Source of the DNA: an uncultured Clostridia bacterium
GTDB taxonomy: Bacteria; Bacillota; Clostridia; Christensenellales; UBA1242
Length of the DNA stretch: 44,403 nt
Assembly: GCA_947089305.1 (NCBI GenBank)
Contig: CAMUJQ010000001.1
Span: 1 to 44,403 of the forward strand
Reading direction: 5' to 3'
Below the pieces are notes generated by a model. It was not told the origin of the DNA. It was given only the letters and a program-made list of their open reading frames with translations, and did no database searches. Both the position numbers and the translations under genes were made by a program. Positions 1 to 7,862 of the stretch are shown piece by piece (positions within the stretch are counted from its first letter, which is position 1; the number at the start of each line of letters is the position of its first letter).

Positions 1-862
1 CAATTGCAGTAACAACTACAAAAACTACAATCGTCATTTTTAAGAATACTGATAAGAATGTTCCCGTAAACAAAGTGTTAAGTAAATTATTAAAAGCACT
101 GCCAAACGCATTAGCATCTGTTGCCCAGCTAAAATAAGTTGCCAAAAAGTTATTAGTAAAATGCACAATCATTGCCGGAAAAATGCTTCTTGTGTAATAA
201 ACCAAGCTTCCCATAACTAAGCCAATAACCATGGCATAAATAGCTTGATTAATGTTGTAATGAAGAAGACCAAAACAAATTGAAGAAAATAAAATCGCTT
301 CTCTTGCATTTTTTTCATTTAATAATCCATTTAGAAGTAAGCCACGATTTGCAAACTCTTCACAAAAAGCAGGTAAAATTGCCGTTGTTATAATAGGTAT
401 AATTAAACCTGTTAATATTGAGGTGCCTGGACTTTCTGGCGTAACAGGTATTGATGGATTTCGATAACCTATTAAGTTCCAAAAACTTGCGCAAAAAGTT
501 GAAATTAACACAACAGCAAAATACATGAAAATTCCAAGTAAGAAACTTGTTATAATTGTTTTAATTCCAATATATTTAAATTGAAAATTATAAAAAGTTT
601 TTTTGATTTTTGTTTTTGAAAGTAAAGAATATAAAAAGAGTGGCAATAAAAACATTAAGCCAATTTGTACAAAGGCATTAATAATTAAATTTGCATAGTC
701 ACCTAAAAAATTAAAACAATTATAAGCTCCTAAAACTTTTATTACTAAAAATAAAAAAGCAGATATAAAAAACACAAGAGTGGAAGTAAACGCTTTATTT
801 GTTTCTAACAAACTTTTGGCGCTTTTTGTTTTATTTAATTTTTGTGTTTTTACATTTTCCAA
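1..862 (-). CDS. CPBP family intramembrane glutamic endopeptidase (CAAX/Abi-type), C-terminus runs off the window
   Basis: Absent from the ORF track because no stop lies in the window. I read the frame by hand (plus-strand triplets at 2,5,8...) and found no stop from 874 down to 1. The translation contains EEFANRG, FGLLHYN and HFTNNF, matching the EExxxR / FxxxH / HxxxN motifs, plus several TM stretches. Start placed at TTG 860-862 with AAGGG 6 nt upstream; the start is uncertain. Confidence 0.7.
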   Translation of the reverse strand, partial: MENVKTQKLNKTKSAKSLLETNKAFTSTLVFFISAFLFLVIKVLGAYNCFNFLGDYANLIINAFVQIGLMFLLPLFLYSLLSKTKIKKTFYNFQFKYIGIKTIITSFLLGIFMYFAVVLISTFCASFWNLIGYRNPSIPVTPESPGTSILTGLIIPIITTAILPAFCEEFANRGLLLNGLLNEKNAREAILFSSICFGLLHYNINQAIYAMVIGLVMGSLVYYTRSIFPAMIVHFTNNFLATYFSWATDANAFGSAFNNLLNTLFTGTFLSVFLKMTIVVFVVVTAI

Positions 863-874
863 AGACAAACCCTT

Positions 875-1882
875 TTAAGCAAAATTAAAGTTAATACCAA
901 ACCCAACTAAAGTGTTAAATATCCAGTTAACTAAAACCATAAATATTGCTATTATTAAAAGCACATTAGAGTGTTTTTCTTCTTTTATTACAACTATTGG
1001 AGTTGTTTCTTTCTTTAATTTTTTAACAGCAAAATAAGACAAATAAATTAATCCGCAACCAACTGCAACTAATATAAATGCAACCACTATTTGCCAGACT
1101 GGCATGCTTGTTACAAGCCCCGCCCCCATGAAATAAGTGTAAATTAAAACTACGGCATTATTTAAAAAGTGCATTAGCATATTTACTTTAATATCACCTG
1201 TAACATAATAAGCAAGTGCAAGTTCAACCCCAAGAACTGCTTGATAAACAGTTTGTTCTATTGACCCATGAAATAAAGTAAAGCACAATGTTGAAAGAAT
1301 AACTGCAACAGGTGTTCCATATTGCAATGTACCTTTGAAAATTATTCCACGGAAAACAACTTCTTCAAAAATTGCAGGCAAAAGTGCAATTGTAAAAATT
1401 GTCATAAATAATTCGCCAACATTATGCGGAACAATTTGATTTGCATCAGCTGAAACATTATAGCCAATTTTAAATAGACCTAATTCAAATGCATTTGCAA
1501 ACATTGTAAAGCAAAATAACACCGCAACAGCAGTAAAGCCAAAAATTAAGTAAGAAGAATAATGTGCCGTTTTTTTAAAGTTAAATTCTTTTATAGGATT
1601 GGCCTTTGTAAACATAGCTACAACAGCAACAACTCCAACAAACATAACTTGCAATATAATATATGCTCCCATCTTAGGCATAAATGAATCTATTTTATAT
1701 AAGGGCGTTAAAATTAAACTAAAAACAATAGAAAAAACAATGCACATTAAATATGCAAAGCCAGCTGCTTTAGTTCCAATAGAAGTTACTTCAACTGTTT
1801 TTTGTGCTTTAATATCATCGTTATTTTCAATTGCTCTTTGTTCTTCTATTTTTTCACTTTGTTTTTTGTGCTTTTTAGACAT
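875..1882 (-). CDS. CPBP family intramembrane glutamic endopeptidase (CAAX/Abi-type)
   Basis: 335-aa ORF that is strongly hydrophobic. It carries EEVVFRG, FTLFHGS and HFLNNA motifs. It sits in tandem with the partial paralog at 1-862. Confidence 0.8.
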   Translation of the reverse strand: MSKKHKKQSEKIEEQRAIENNDDIKAQKTVEVTSIGTKAAGFAYLMCIVFSIVFSLILTPLYKIDSFMPKMGAYIILQVMFVGVVAVVAMFTKANPIKEFNFKKTAHYSSYLIFGFTAVAVLFCFTMFANAFELGLFKIGYNVSADANQIVPHNVGELFMTIFTIALLPAIFEEVVFRGIIFKGTLQYGTPVAVILSTLCFTLFHGSIEQTVYQAVLGVELALAYYVTGDIKVNMLMHFLNNAVVLIYTYFMGAGLVTSMPVWQIVVAFILVAVGCGLIYLSYFAVKKLKKETTPIVVIKEEKHSNVLLIIAIFMVLVNWIFNTLVGFGINFNFA

Positions 1883-1928
1883 ATATTAATTATATAAAAT
1901 TTTTATTTTTTAAACAAGCGAATATACT

Positions 1929-2711
1929 TTAAATTTCAAAAATATCGCTTTTAACTAACTCTTTAGCAACTTCAAGCTCAGGTAAAATTCCAATTTGCTC
2001 TTTAACAATAGATGAAACTTCTTTAATTGCAAGTTCATAAGTATTATTATTGCTACTCAAATGGCAAAGAACAAATCTACATTTTGGATTATCTACCATA
2101 ATTTTTGAAATAATATTCGCAGCAGCATTATTAGACAAATGTCCATGTTCGCTTAATATGCGAGCCTTAAGATTTGAACTATAATCTTTATTTGCTTTTA
2201 ACATATCTATATTATGATTGCTTTCTATAAAAATTAAATTACTGTCTTTTATTTCTTCAACAATTCTAGGTACAACCGTTCCACAATCTGTAATAATACT
2301 AAATTTTTTATCTTCTTCAAATATAGAATAATTTAAACATACTCTACTATCATGAGGCACTTTAAATGCAGAAACTAAAAAATCCTCCACATAAAAAACT
2401 GGAGACAATATTTCAACAAGGTTACTTTCTATTATAGGCATTGTTCTTTTTAAAATTTCACACACTGAATAGTGTGCATAAATTTTTATTTGAGGACATT
2501 TTTTTACTAAAACAGCAAGCCCTTTAGTATGATCGCTATGTTCATGTGTAATTAAAACGGCGCTAACATTAAATATGTTCTCGCCGTTATTTAATAACCC
2601 TTTTTCTATTAAACTGTAACTAACTCCTGCGTCAACTAAGATACTTGTTTTGTTCGCTTTTATAAACAAACAATTACCCTTGCTTCCACTTGATATTGAA
2701 AAAAGTTTCAT
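1929..2711 (-). CDS. MBL-fold metallo-hydrolase (YycJ/WalJ-like)
   Basis: 260 aa with the HxHxDH zinc motif (THEHSDH). The N-terminus MKLFSISSGSKGNC...VDAG is typical of the YycJ-like beta-lactamase fold. Confidence 0.8.
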   Translation of the reverse strand: MKLFSISSGSKGNCLFIKANKTSILVDAGVSYSLIEKGLLNNGENIFNVSAVLITHEHSDHTKGLAVLVKKCPQIKIYAHYSVCEILKRTMPIIESNLVEILSPVFYVEDFLVSAFKVPHDSRVCLNYSIFEEDKKFSIITDCGTVVPRIVEEIKDSNLIFIESNHNIDMLKANKDYSSNLKARILSEHGHLSNNAAANIISKIMVDNPKCRFVLCHLSSNNNTYELAIKEVSSIVKEQIGILPELEVAKELVKSDIFEI

Positions 2712-2722
2712 GTTAATAAACC

Positions 2723-3010
2723 TTATTTTTCTTTAGGAACAAATTTAATTTCACCTTCTTTTCCATATCCTAGTTCTTCTCTAGCATATTCTTCAATAAA
2801 TTTGTTTCCTTCTATATATTCAATAGCATCTGTTAACTCTTCTTTTCTATTCAAAATTTGTTCTAATTTGGCTTTTGCTTCTGCTCGTTCACGTTTAAGA
2901 GGTGCTATGTTTGCAATTTGAACAATAACCACCACAAACAAAACAATTATCAAAATTGTAGCAAATGCTACACCTGATAATATTAAAGCTTTTTTTAAAT
3001 TATCTGTCAT
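2723..3010 (-). CDS. septum formation initiator family protein (FtsB/DivIC-like)
   Basis: 95 aa with one N-terminal TM, a coiled-coil segment, and a C-terminal EEYAREELGYGKEGEIKF motif characteristic of DivIC/FtsB. Confidence 0.7.
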   Translation of the reverse strand: MTDNLKKALILSGVAFATILIIVLFVVVIVQIANIAPLKRERAEAKAKLEQILNRKEELTDAIEYIEGNKFIEEYAREELGYGKEGEIKFVPKEK

Positions 3011-3066
3011 TACTCACGGGCTCCTTTATTGTAATAGTATAATATTTTAAATAGAAAGTCAATTTT

Positions 3067-4113
3067 TTAAAGCGGCAAACTTGAAACTGCAACAAGGTCA
3101 CTATCGGCGCAAGCCGCAGTTTTTTCATTCATTAATTTAAAATACCCTTCACTTGCAATCATTGCTGCATTATCAGTGCATAAATTTAAAGGTGGAACAA
3201 TTAATTTAATTTTATTTTGTTCACAACTTTTTTTAAATTCCTCCTTTAAATAATTGTTAGCACTAACTCCTCCACATATTACAAGTGTTTTAGATCTACT
3301 TTTTTTAACTATAGGAATAACTTTTTCCAACAATTGTTTTATCGCTAAGGTTTGAAAAGTGTATGCAACATCTGCAACAACAATTTCTTCTTTTTTATTA
3401 AGCATATTATTAACATAATTTAAAACAGCTGTTTTAAGACCGCTATAACTAAAATTATCTTTTTTATTATCGCGATAATTTAATGCAATCATATTTTTTC
3501 CGTTTTTTGCAAGGCGTTCAACATTTGGTCCGCCAGGATAACTAAGTTTTAATACTCGAGCAACTTTATCAAAAGTTTCTCCAATCGCATCATCTAAAGT
3601 TGTTAAAAGCATTTTTTGTTTAGTGTAAGTTTTAATTTCAAGCAGTGCAGTATGTCCACCAGAAACAACTAAACTATAAAAAGGCGGTTTTAATTTTTTA
3701 TCTATTATGTAATTAGCTGCAATATGCCCGCGAATATGATTAACTGCAATTAAAGGAATATCTAAACTTTCTGAAAGTGCTTTTGCATAGTTTACGCCAA
3801 CCATTAACGCGCCAATTAGTCCTGCTCCATAAGTAACAGCAATTGCAGATATATCTTCTTTTTTTATACCTGCTGTTTTTATTGCTTCATCAACAACATT
3901 GTTTATTGCCATAATGTGATTTCTACTTGCAACTTCAGGAACAACTCCACCAAATTTCTTGTGAATGTCAATTTGACTAGAAACAATATTGGATAAAACT
4001 TCTCGGCCATTTAAAACAATACTTACACTTGTTTCATCACAACTAGATTCAATTCCTAGAATAATACATTTGTTTTTAAAACTTTTTAATTCTTTTTTGG
4101 TAACTTTTCTCAT
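3067..4113 (-). CDS. tsaD: tRNA N6-adenosine threonylcarbamoyltransferase TsaD (Kae1/Gcp family)
   Basis: 348 aa containing ILGIESSCDETSVSIV, GVVPEVASRNH and the HIRGHI metal-binding motif, all classic for TsaD. Its start codon overlaps the upstream stop by 1 nt (TAATG). Confidence 0.92.
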   Translation of the reverse strand: MRKVTKKELKSFKNKCIILGIESSCDETSVSIVLNGREVLSNIVSSQIDIHKKFGGVVPEVASRNHIMAINNVVDEAIKTAGIKKEDISAIAVTYGAGLIGALMVGVNYAKALSESLDIPLIAVNHIRGHIAANYIIDKKLKPPFYSLVVSGGHTALLEIKTYTKQKMLLTTLDDAIGETFDKVARVLKLSYPGGPNVERLAKNGKNMIALNYRDNKKDNFSYSGLKTAVLNYVNNMLNKKEEIVVADVAYTFQTLAIKQLLEKVIPIVKKSRSKTLVICGGVSANNYLKEEFKKSCEQNKIKLIVPPLNLCTDNAAMIASEGYFKLMNEKTAACADSDLVAVSSLPL

Positions 4114-4973
4114 TATTTAATTTTTTCACCCTTTATTTTTATTGCACATAAACTCAAGAAAATCATAAGTACAATAATTCCTGCCGTTGTTAATCCCGCA
4201 CTCAACCAACAAACCCATGGTAAAGTAGCTTTTGTTATTGCTTGGGCTGTAAATACAAAAGGTGTGAAACTTTGAAGAGCAACTGAAGTTCCTGCAATTT
4301 TAACTGTTACACTCGCAAGCACTGAATCTACAACAATAATTAAAATTAAACCTATAATAACTGTAAGAGCAGGCTTTTTGGTTGCTGAATTAATACCTAA
4401 AATTAAAATTGTTAAAAATAAAATATATACTAGTATCATTCCATAACTATAAAAGGCTTCTCCTATTGCTTTTCCTTTTGTTATATCAGTTAATACAAAA
4501 TCTCCATTAGGCAAAATTTCCATGGTTGCGCCTGGCTCGCAAAATATTAAACATAACACAAAATGCAAAATAAATGCTGATATTAAAGAAATTAAAATTG
4601 TTAATGTTATTGCTAGAATTCTTGCAATAACTAAATATTGAGGTTTAATACCACTTTCAAGAGGCAAAATCCATTTCTTTTCTTTGATTTCACGACTCAT
4701 GTAATTGCGCAAATAAATAATTAGTAAAAGTGCAAAATAGGAAGCCAAAAAGTTTACAAACACAGTTGTTGCGTTTTTATATGTAAATTTAAAGGTTTGC
4801 ATTAAAATTTCATCAACTTCCATTCCAGGAAGTTTAAACAAAAAATGCATTAATGCTAAAACTGCAAAAGCAAATAAAACTAGCGCCAAGGAAATTCCTA
4901 AAAAAATATAAAACTTTTTAGTGCGCATTACTTCACGCCATTCTTTTTTAAAAACTGCTAAAAATTCGCTCAT
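4113..4973 (-). CDS. ABC-2 type transporter permease
   Basis: 286 aa with about 6 TM segments. It is translationally coupled by 1-nt overlaps to the ABC ATPase upstream and to tsaD downstream. Confidence 0.65.
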   Translation of the reverse strand: MSEFLAVFKKEWREVMRTKKFYIFLGISLALVLFAFAVLALMHFLFKLPGMEVDEILMQTFKFTYKNATTVFVNFLASYFALLLIIYLRNYMSREIKEKKWILPLESGIKPQYLVIARILAITLTILISLISAFILHFVLCLIFCEPGATMEILPNGDFVLTDITKGKAIGEAFYSYGMILVYILFLTILILGINSATKKPALTVIIGLILIIVVDSVLASVTVKIAGTSVALQSFTPFVFTAQAITKATLPWVCWLSAGLTTAGIIVLMIFLSLCAIKIKGEKIK

Positions 4974-6028
4974 TATTTTTCCTCCTCCGTTTTATCTTTT
5001 TCGTTTTTCTGAGAAGGATTATTTTGTCTATTAAGAACTTTTTGAATTAACGATTTAGTTTCTTCTGAAATTAAATCACTATTTACTTCTTTTTCAATTG
5101 TTTCTTTTTCTTCTTTTCTTTTTTTATTTCCAGCAAGCAAAAATATTTCTTCAATGCTACTCTTTTTTAAACTAAAACCGCTATACGGTGTTTTAAGATT
5201 TTTAATGGCTTTAAGTGTTTCTTGATTTTTTCCGTTTACAAAATTTAAATTTACACCGTCTTTAACTTTATAAGCTTTTTCACAAATATCCAATTTAGAA
5301 AGTTCTCTAATTAAATCGCCAACATTTTCATCTTCACATTCTATAAAATAAACATTTTTTTGATAAGCTTTTAATAATTCACGAACAGTGCCTGTAATTT
5401 GAATTTCACCATTAACAATTAACCCAACTTTTGTGCACACTTTTTCAATATCAGTTAAAATATGAGTTGACAAAATAATTGTTTTTCCTTCTTCACTTAA
5501 CTCTTCAATTATGCTTAAAACCTCTGCACGACCTTTAGGGTCAAGTGCACTTGAAGGTTCGTCTAAAAGAACAATTTCAGGGTCGCTAACAAGGCCTGCT
5601 GCAATTCCAAGACGTTGACGCATACCTCTACTAAATCCCTTTATACGTTTATCAGCCGCTTCTTCTAAATCTACTTTTCTTAAAAGAGTGTTAGTTAAAA
5701 GACGTAACTCTTCTTTTTTTAATTTTTGAGGAGCAGCTAGAAATTCCAAATATTCTCTTGCTGTTAAAAAATCATGCAATGCAGGTATATCTAAAATATA
5801 TCCAACTTTACCTTTTAATTGATTTAAATTTTTTATTACTTCTCCGTCTAATTCAACAGTACCACTTGTAGGCATTAGAACTTGACTGATGATATTTAGC
5901 AACGTTGTTTTGCCCGCTCCATTTTCTCCAACAAGACCAAAAACTTCACCTGCATTAATTTCAAGGTTAATGTTTTTAAGAACTTGTTTTTCTTGAAACG
6001 ACTTATTTATGTTGTTTAATTTTAACAT
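4973..6028 (-). CDS. ABC transporter ATP-binding protein with C-terminal extension
   Basis: Walker A GENGAGKTT, signature FSRGMRQRL and Walker B LLDEPSS are present. About 110 extra C-terminal residues end in a Lys/Glu-rich tail. Confidence 0.88.
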   Translation of the reverse strand: MLKLNNINKSFQEKQVLKNINLEINAGEVFGLVGENGAGKTTLLNIISQVLMPTSGTVELDGEVIKNLNQLKGKVGYILDIPALHDFLTAREYLEFLAAPQKLKKEELRLLTNTLLRKVDLEEAADKRIKGFSRGMRQRLGIAAGLVSDPEIVLLDEPSSALDPKGRAEVLSIIEELSEEGKTIILSTHILTDIEKVCTKVGLIVNGEIQITGTVRELLKAYQKNVYFIECEDENVGDLIRELSKLDICEKAYKVKDGVNLNFVNGKNQETLKAIKNLKTPYSGFSLKKSSIEEIFLLAGNKKRKEEKETIEKEVNSDLISEETKSLIQKVLNRQNNPSQKNEKDKTEEEK

Positions 6029-6141
6029 TATTAAACTTCCTTTTATCGCTATTAATTATATAACTTTTTTTTTAGCATTGCAAGCAAAAATAAATTAACT
6101 TTTTTTATACACTTTTAATAAAAATAATAAGGAGGCAGAAA

Positions 6142-6615
6142 ATTATAAAACAATTTAAAAAAACGGCGAGTGAGATAGCCACACTAGAAAATATTTTTGA
6201 CAATAACAATAAAAACTATTTAGAAGATAAATTCGTTTTAAATGACCCTGAATTCGATGTTTTTTATGACGAACGCGAAGGAACAATTTTGGGCTATATA
6301 ACAGTTTATAAAAATAAAAACTTTATTGAACGAGAACATTTGCCCGTTGATATTGATTTTAAAAACAGTGACTCTTATATTTGGAATATGTGCGTTGATA
6401 GCAAACATGAAGGCAAAGGGGCCGGAACAAGTTTAATTGATTATGTTATTAATAATACTAGTGGAAATGTTTATAGTATTGTGAACGAAACAAATTTGCC
6501 TTCAATTAAAATACATCAAAAAAATAAAATGCAAGAAATTAATCGTTTTCAAAAATCTCACATTGGAAAACTAGAAACTTTTATTTTATTTAAAAGCAAT
6601 AAAAAAAGTTGTTAA
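6142..6615 (+). CDS. GNAT family N-acetyltransferase, probable non-canonical ATT (or ATA) start
   Basis: The track ORF (TTG 6289, 108 aa) holds only the acetyl-CoA motif A region (HEGKGAGTSLIDYV). The frame is open back to 6094 with no ATG, GTG or TTG before 6289. AAGGAGG lies at 6129-6135, 6 nt before ATT 6142. That start gives 157 aa, a normal GNAT length. Confidence 0.6.
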   Translation: MIKQFKKTASEIATLENIFDNNNKNYLEDKFVLNDPEFDVFYDEREGTILGYITVYKNKNFIEREHLPVDIDFKNSDSYIWNMCVDSKHEGKGAGTSLIDYVINNTSGNVYSIVNETNLPSIKIHQKNKMQEINRFQKSHIGKLETFILFKSNKKSC

Positions 6616-7223
6616 AAATTATTAACAACTTTTTTATTCCAACTATGTTTACCACATTTTGGACATTTCATATAACGAGTTCTTCCATAATGCATTGAAA
6701 ACAAAACTTGTTTATAAGTGGGAATATATTTATGTTTACAATGTGCACAAATATAAAAGCCCGCTTCTTTTTCTATTTTTAGTGCAAACAATATTCCAAC
6801 TATGAAATTTATAAAACCAAAAACAATTAATACTATTCGCCATGTTAAACTTGTAACAAAATAACTTGCTGTGAAAATTGATAAAATAAATATTAAACTA
6901 GCCATATAGCCAACAACATATTCAAGGGTTAAAAGATGCTTAGTATTTTTTTCCTGCATATTTTTTATTTCTATTAAGTTTTTTTCAGCTAACATTTTAT
7001 ATTCATTATCAGCTAATAACTTCCCACTTAACAATTCATTTGCAGTAATAGCTAATTCTTCACATAAAGGCATTATTAAAGAAGTATCTGGAAAGCCTTT
7101 TCCACACTCCCATTTTGAAACAGTTTTTTCACTTATATTCAACTTTTGCGCTAAACCAATTTGAGTTAAACCTTTGTTTTTGCGGCAGGTTGCAATAAAT
7201 TTGCCAATTATCCTTAAATCCAT
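6612..7223 (-). CDS. XRE-family HTH regulator with TM segments and a C-terminal CxxC...CxxC zinc ribbon
   Basis: It has an N-terminal HTH_3 region (GLTQIGLAQKLNISEKTVSKWECG), two or three TM helices, and a C-terminal CAHCKH...CPKCGKH pair. Confidence 0.75.
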   Translation of the reverse strand: MDLRIIGKFIATCRKNKGLTQIGLAQKLNISEKTVSKWECGKGFPDTSLIMPLCEELAITANELLSGKLLADNEYKMLAEKNLIEIKNMQEKNTKHLLTLEYVVGYMASLIFILSIFTASYFVTSLTWRIVLIVFGFINFIVGILFALKIEKEAGFYICAHCKHKYIPTYKQVLFSMHYGRTRYMKCPKCGKHSWNKKVVNNF

Positions 7224-7364
7224 TTTCTTTACTCCTTACTTAAAGTATATCATACAATTTTTAAAATGTACCCCCACGCTTAGTAGAGTTTTAATATTTT
7301 AAGTATACTAACTGCTTACTTTTTGCAATTTTTTATAAAGAAAACTTAAATTAACAAAAAACAC

Positions 7365-7393
7365 TTGCAAAATTAAGAATAAAGTGATAATAT
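7365..7393 (+). promoter_or_regulatory. sigma70-type promoter for tRNA-Arg
   Basis: TTGCAA (7365-7370), a 17-nt spacer, then TAATAT (7388-7393). It lies about 60 nt upstream of the tRNA. Confidence 0.45.
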
Positions 7394-7451
7394 ATATACG
7401 TTGTGATTTTAACACATGAAATAGTTTAAATCACTAAATTTATTTTAATAT

Positions 7452-7528
7452 GCGCCGCTAGCTCAGCTGGATAGAGCGTTGGTCTACGGAACCAAAGGTC
7501 AGGGGTTCGAATCCCTTGCGGCGCACCA
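7452..7528 (+). tRNA. tRNA-Arg (anticodon ACG), CCA encoded
   Basis: Hand-folded cloverleaf. Acceptor GCGCCGC/GCGGCGC, anticodon stem TTGGT/ACCAA, loop CTACGGA, T-arm AGGGG-TTCGAAT-CCCTT, discriminator A and CCA. Confidence 0.93.
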
Positions 7529-7530
7529 GA

Positions 7531-7551
7531 AATGGCTTTCGCCATTTTTTT
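7531..7551 (+). terminator. intrinsic terminator directly after tRNA-Arg
   Basis: AATGGC-TTTC-GCCATT hairpin followed by a T run. Confidence 0.6.
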
Positions 7552-7656
7552 ATGCTTGCAAGAATTCGAGCAAGTATATTGACTTGCAATTGCACTTTGT
7601 GCAATTCCCCTGACTAAAGTCAGGGCTGACGCGTTCACTTTGTTTCCGCTATAAAG

Positions 7657-7682
7657 CGAATCCCTTGCGGCGCACCAGAAAT
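7657..7682 (+). repeat. perfect 26-nt direct repeat of the tRNA-Arg 3' end (copy of 7508-7533), attR-like
   Basis: CGAATCCCTTGCGGCGCACCAGAAAT occurs at both positions. No tRNA 5' half precedes the second copy. Confidence 0.9.
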
Positions 7683-7786
7683 ATTGTGTTTTAAACTAAT
7701 TTTAATCATATATCTAGTAAATATTTAATAAACAAAAATTTAAAAACATTCAATGTGTGAACAAAGTGTGAATAAAACATTAAAAG

Positions 7787-7808
7787 CATTCTTAGAATGT
7801 TTTTTTTT
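7787..7808 (+). terminator. intrinsic terminator downstream of the second tRNA-Arg 3'-end copy
   Basis: CATTC-TTA-GAATG hairpin followed by a 9-T run. Confidence 0.5.
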
Positions 7809-7834
7809 GACTATTAAAAATTTTATGTTATAAT
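7807..7834 (+). promoter_or_regulatory. extended -10 promoter for the inositol monophosphatase gene
   Basis: TTGACT (7807-7812), a 16-nt spacer, then TGtTATAAT (7826-7834). Confidence 0.55.
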
Positions 7835-7862
7835 TTTTTAAATTAATTAATTGGAGAGAACA

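Noticed and set aside
1599-1889. Antisense shadow ORFs from the track (this one, plus 9219-9506, 9982-10167, 10770-11048, 12331-12625, 13269-13599, 17148-17610, 18521-18841, 20865-21176, 23713-24222, 26003-26224, 38843-39082, 40180-40656, 42122-42304, 43404-43673 and the in-gene 30904-31119)
   Set aside because: All lie inside or opposite much longer ORFs with recognisable domains. They have low-complexity F/L/I/S-rich translations typical of AT-rich antisense frames and lack RBSs.
7426-7638. 70-aa minus-strand ORF from the track
   Set aside because: It runs antisense straight through tRNA-Arg and the downstream structured insert. It has no RBS, and its GC-rich codons come from the tRNA itself. 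I judge it spurious.
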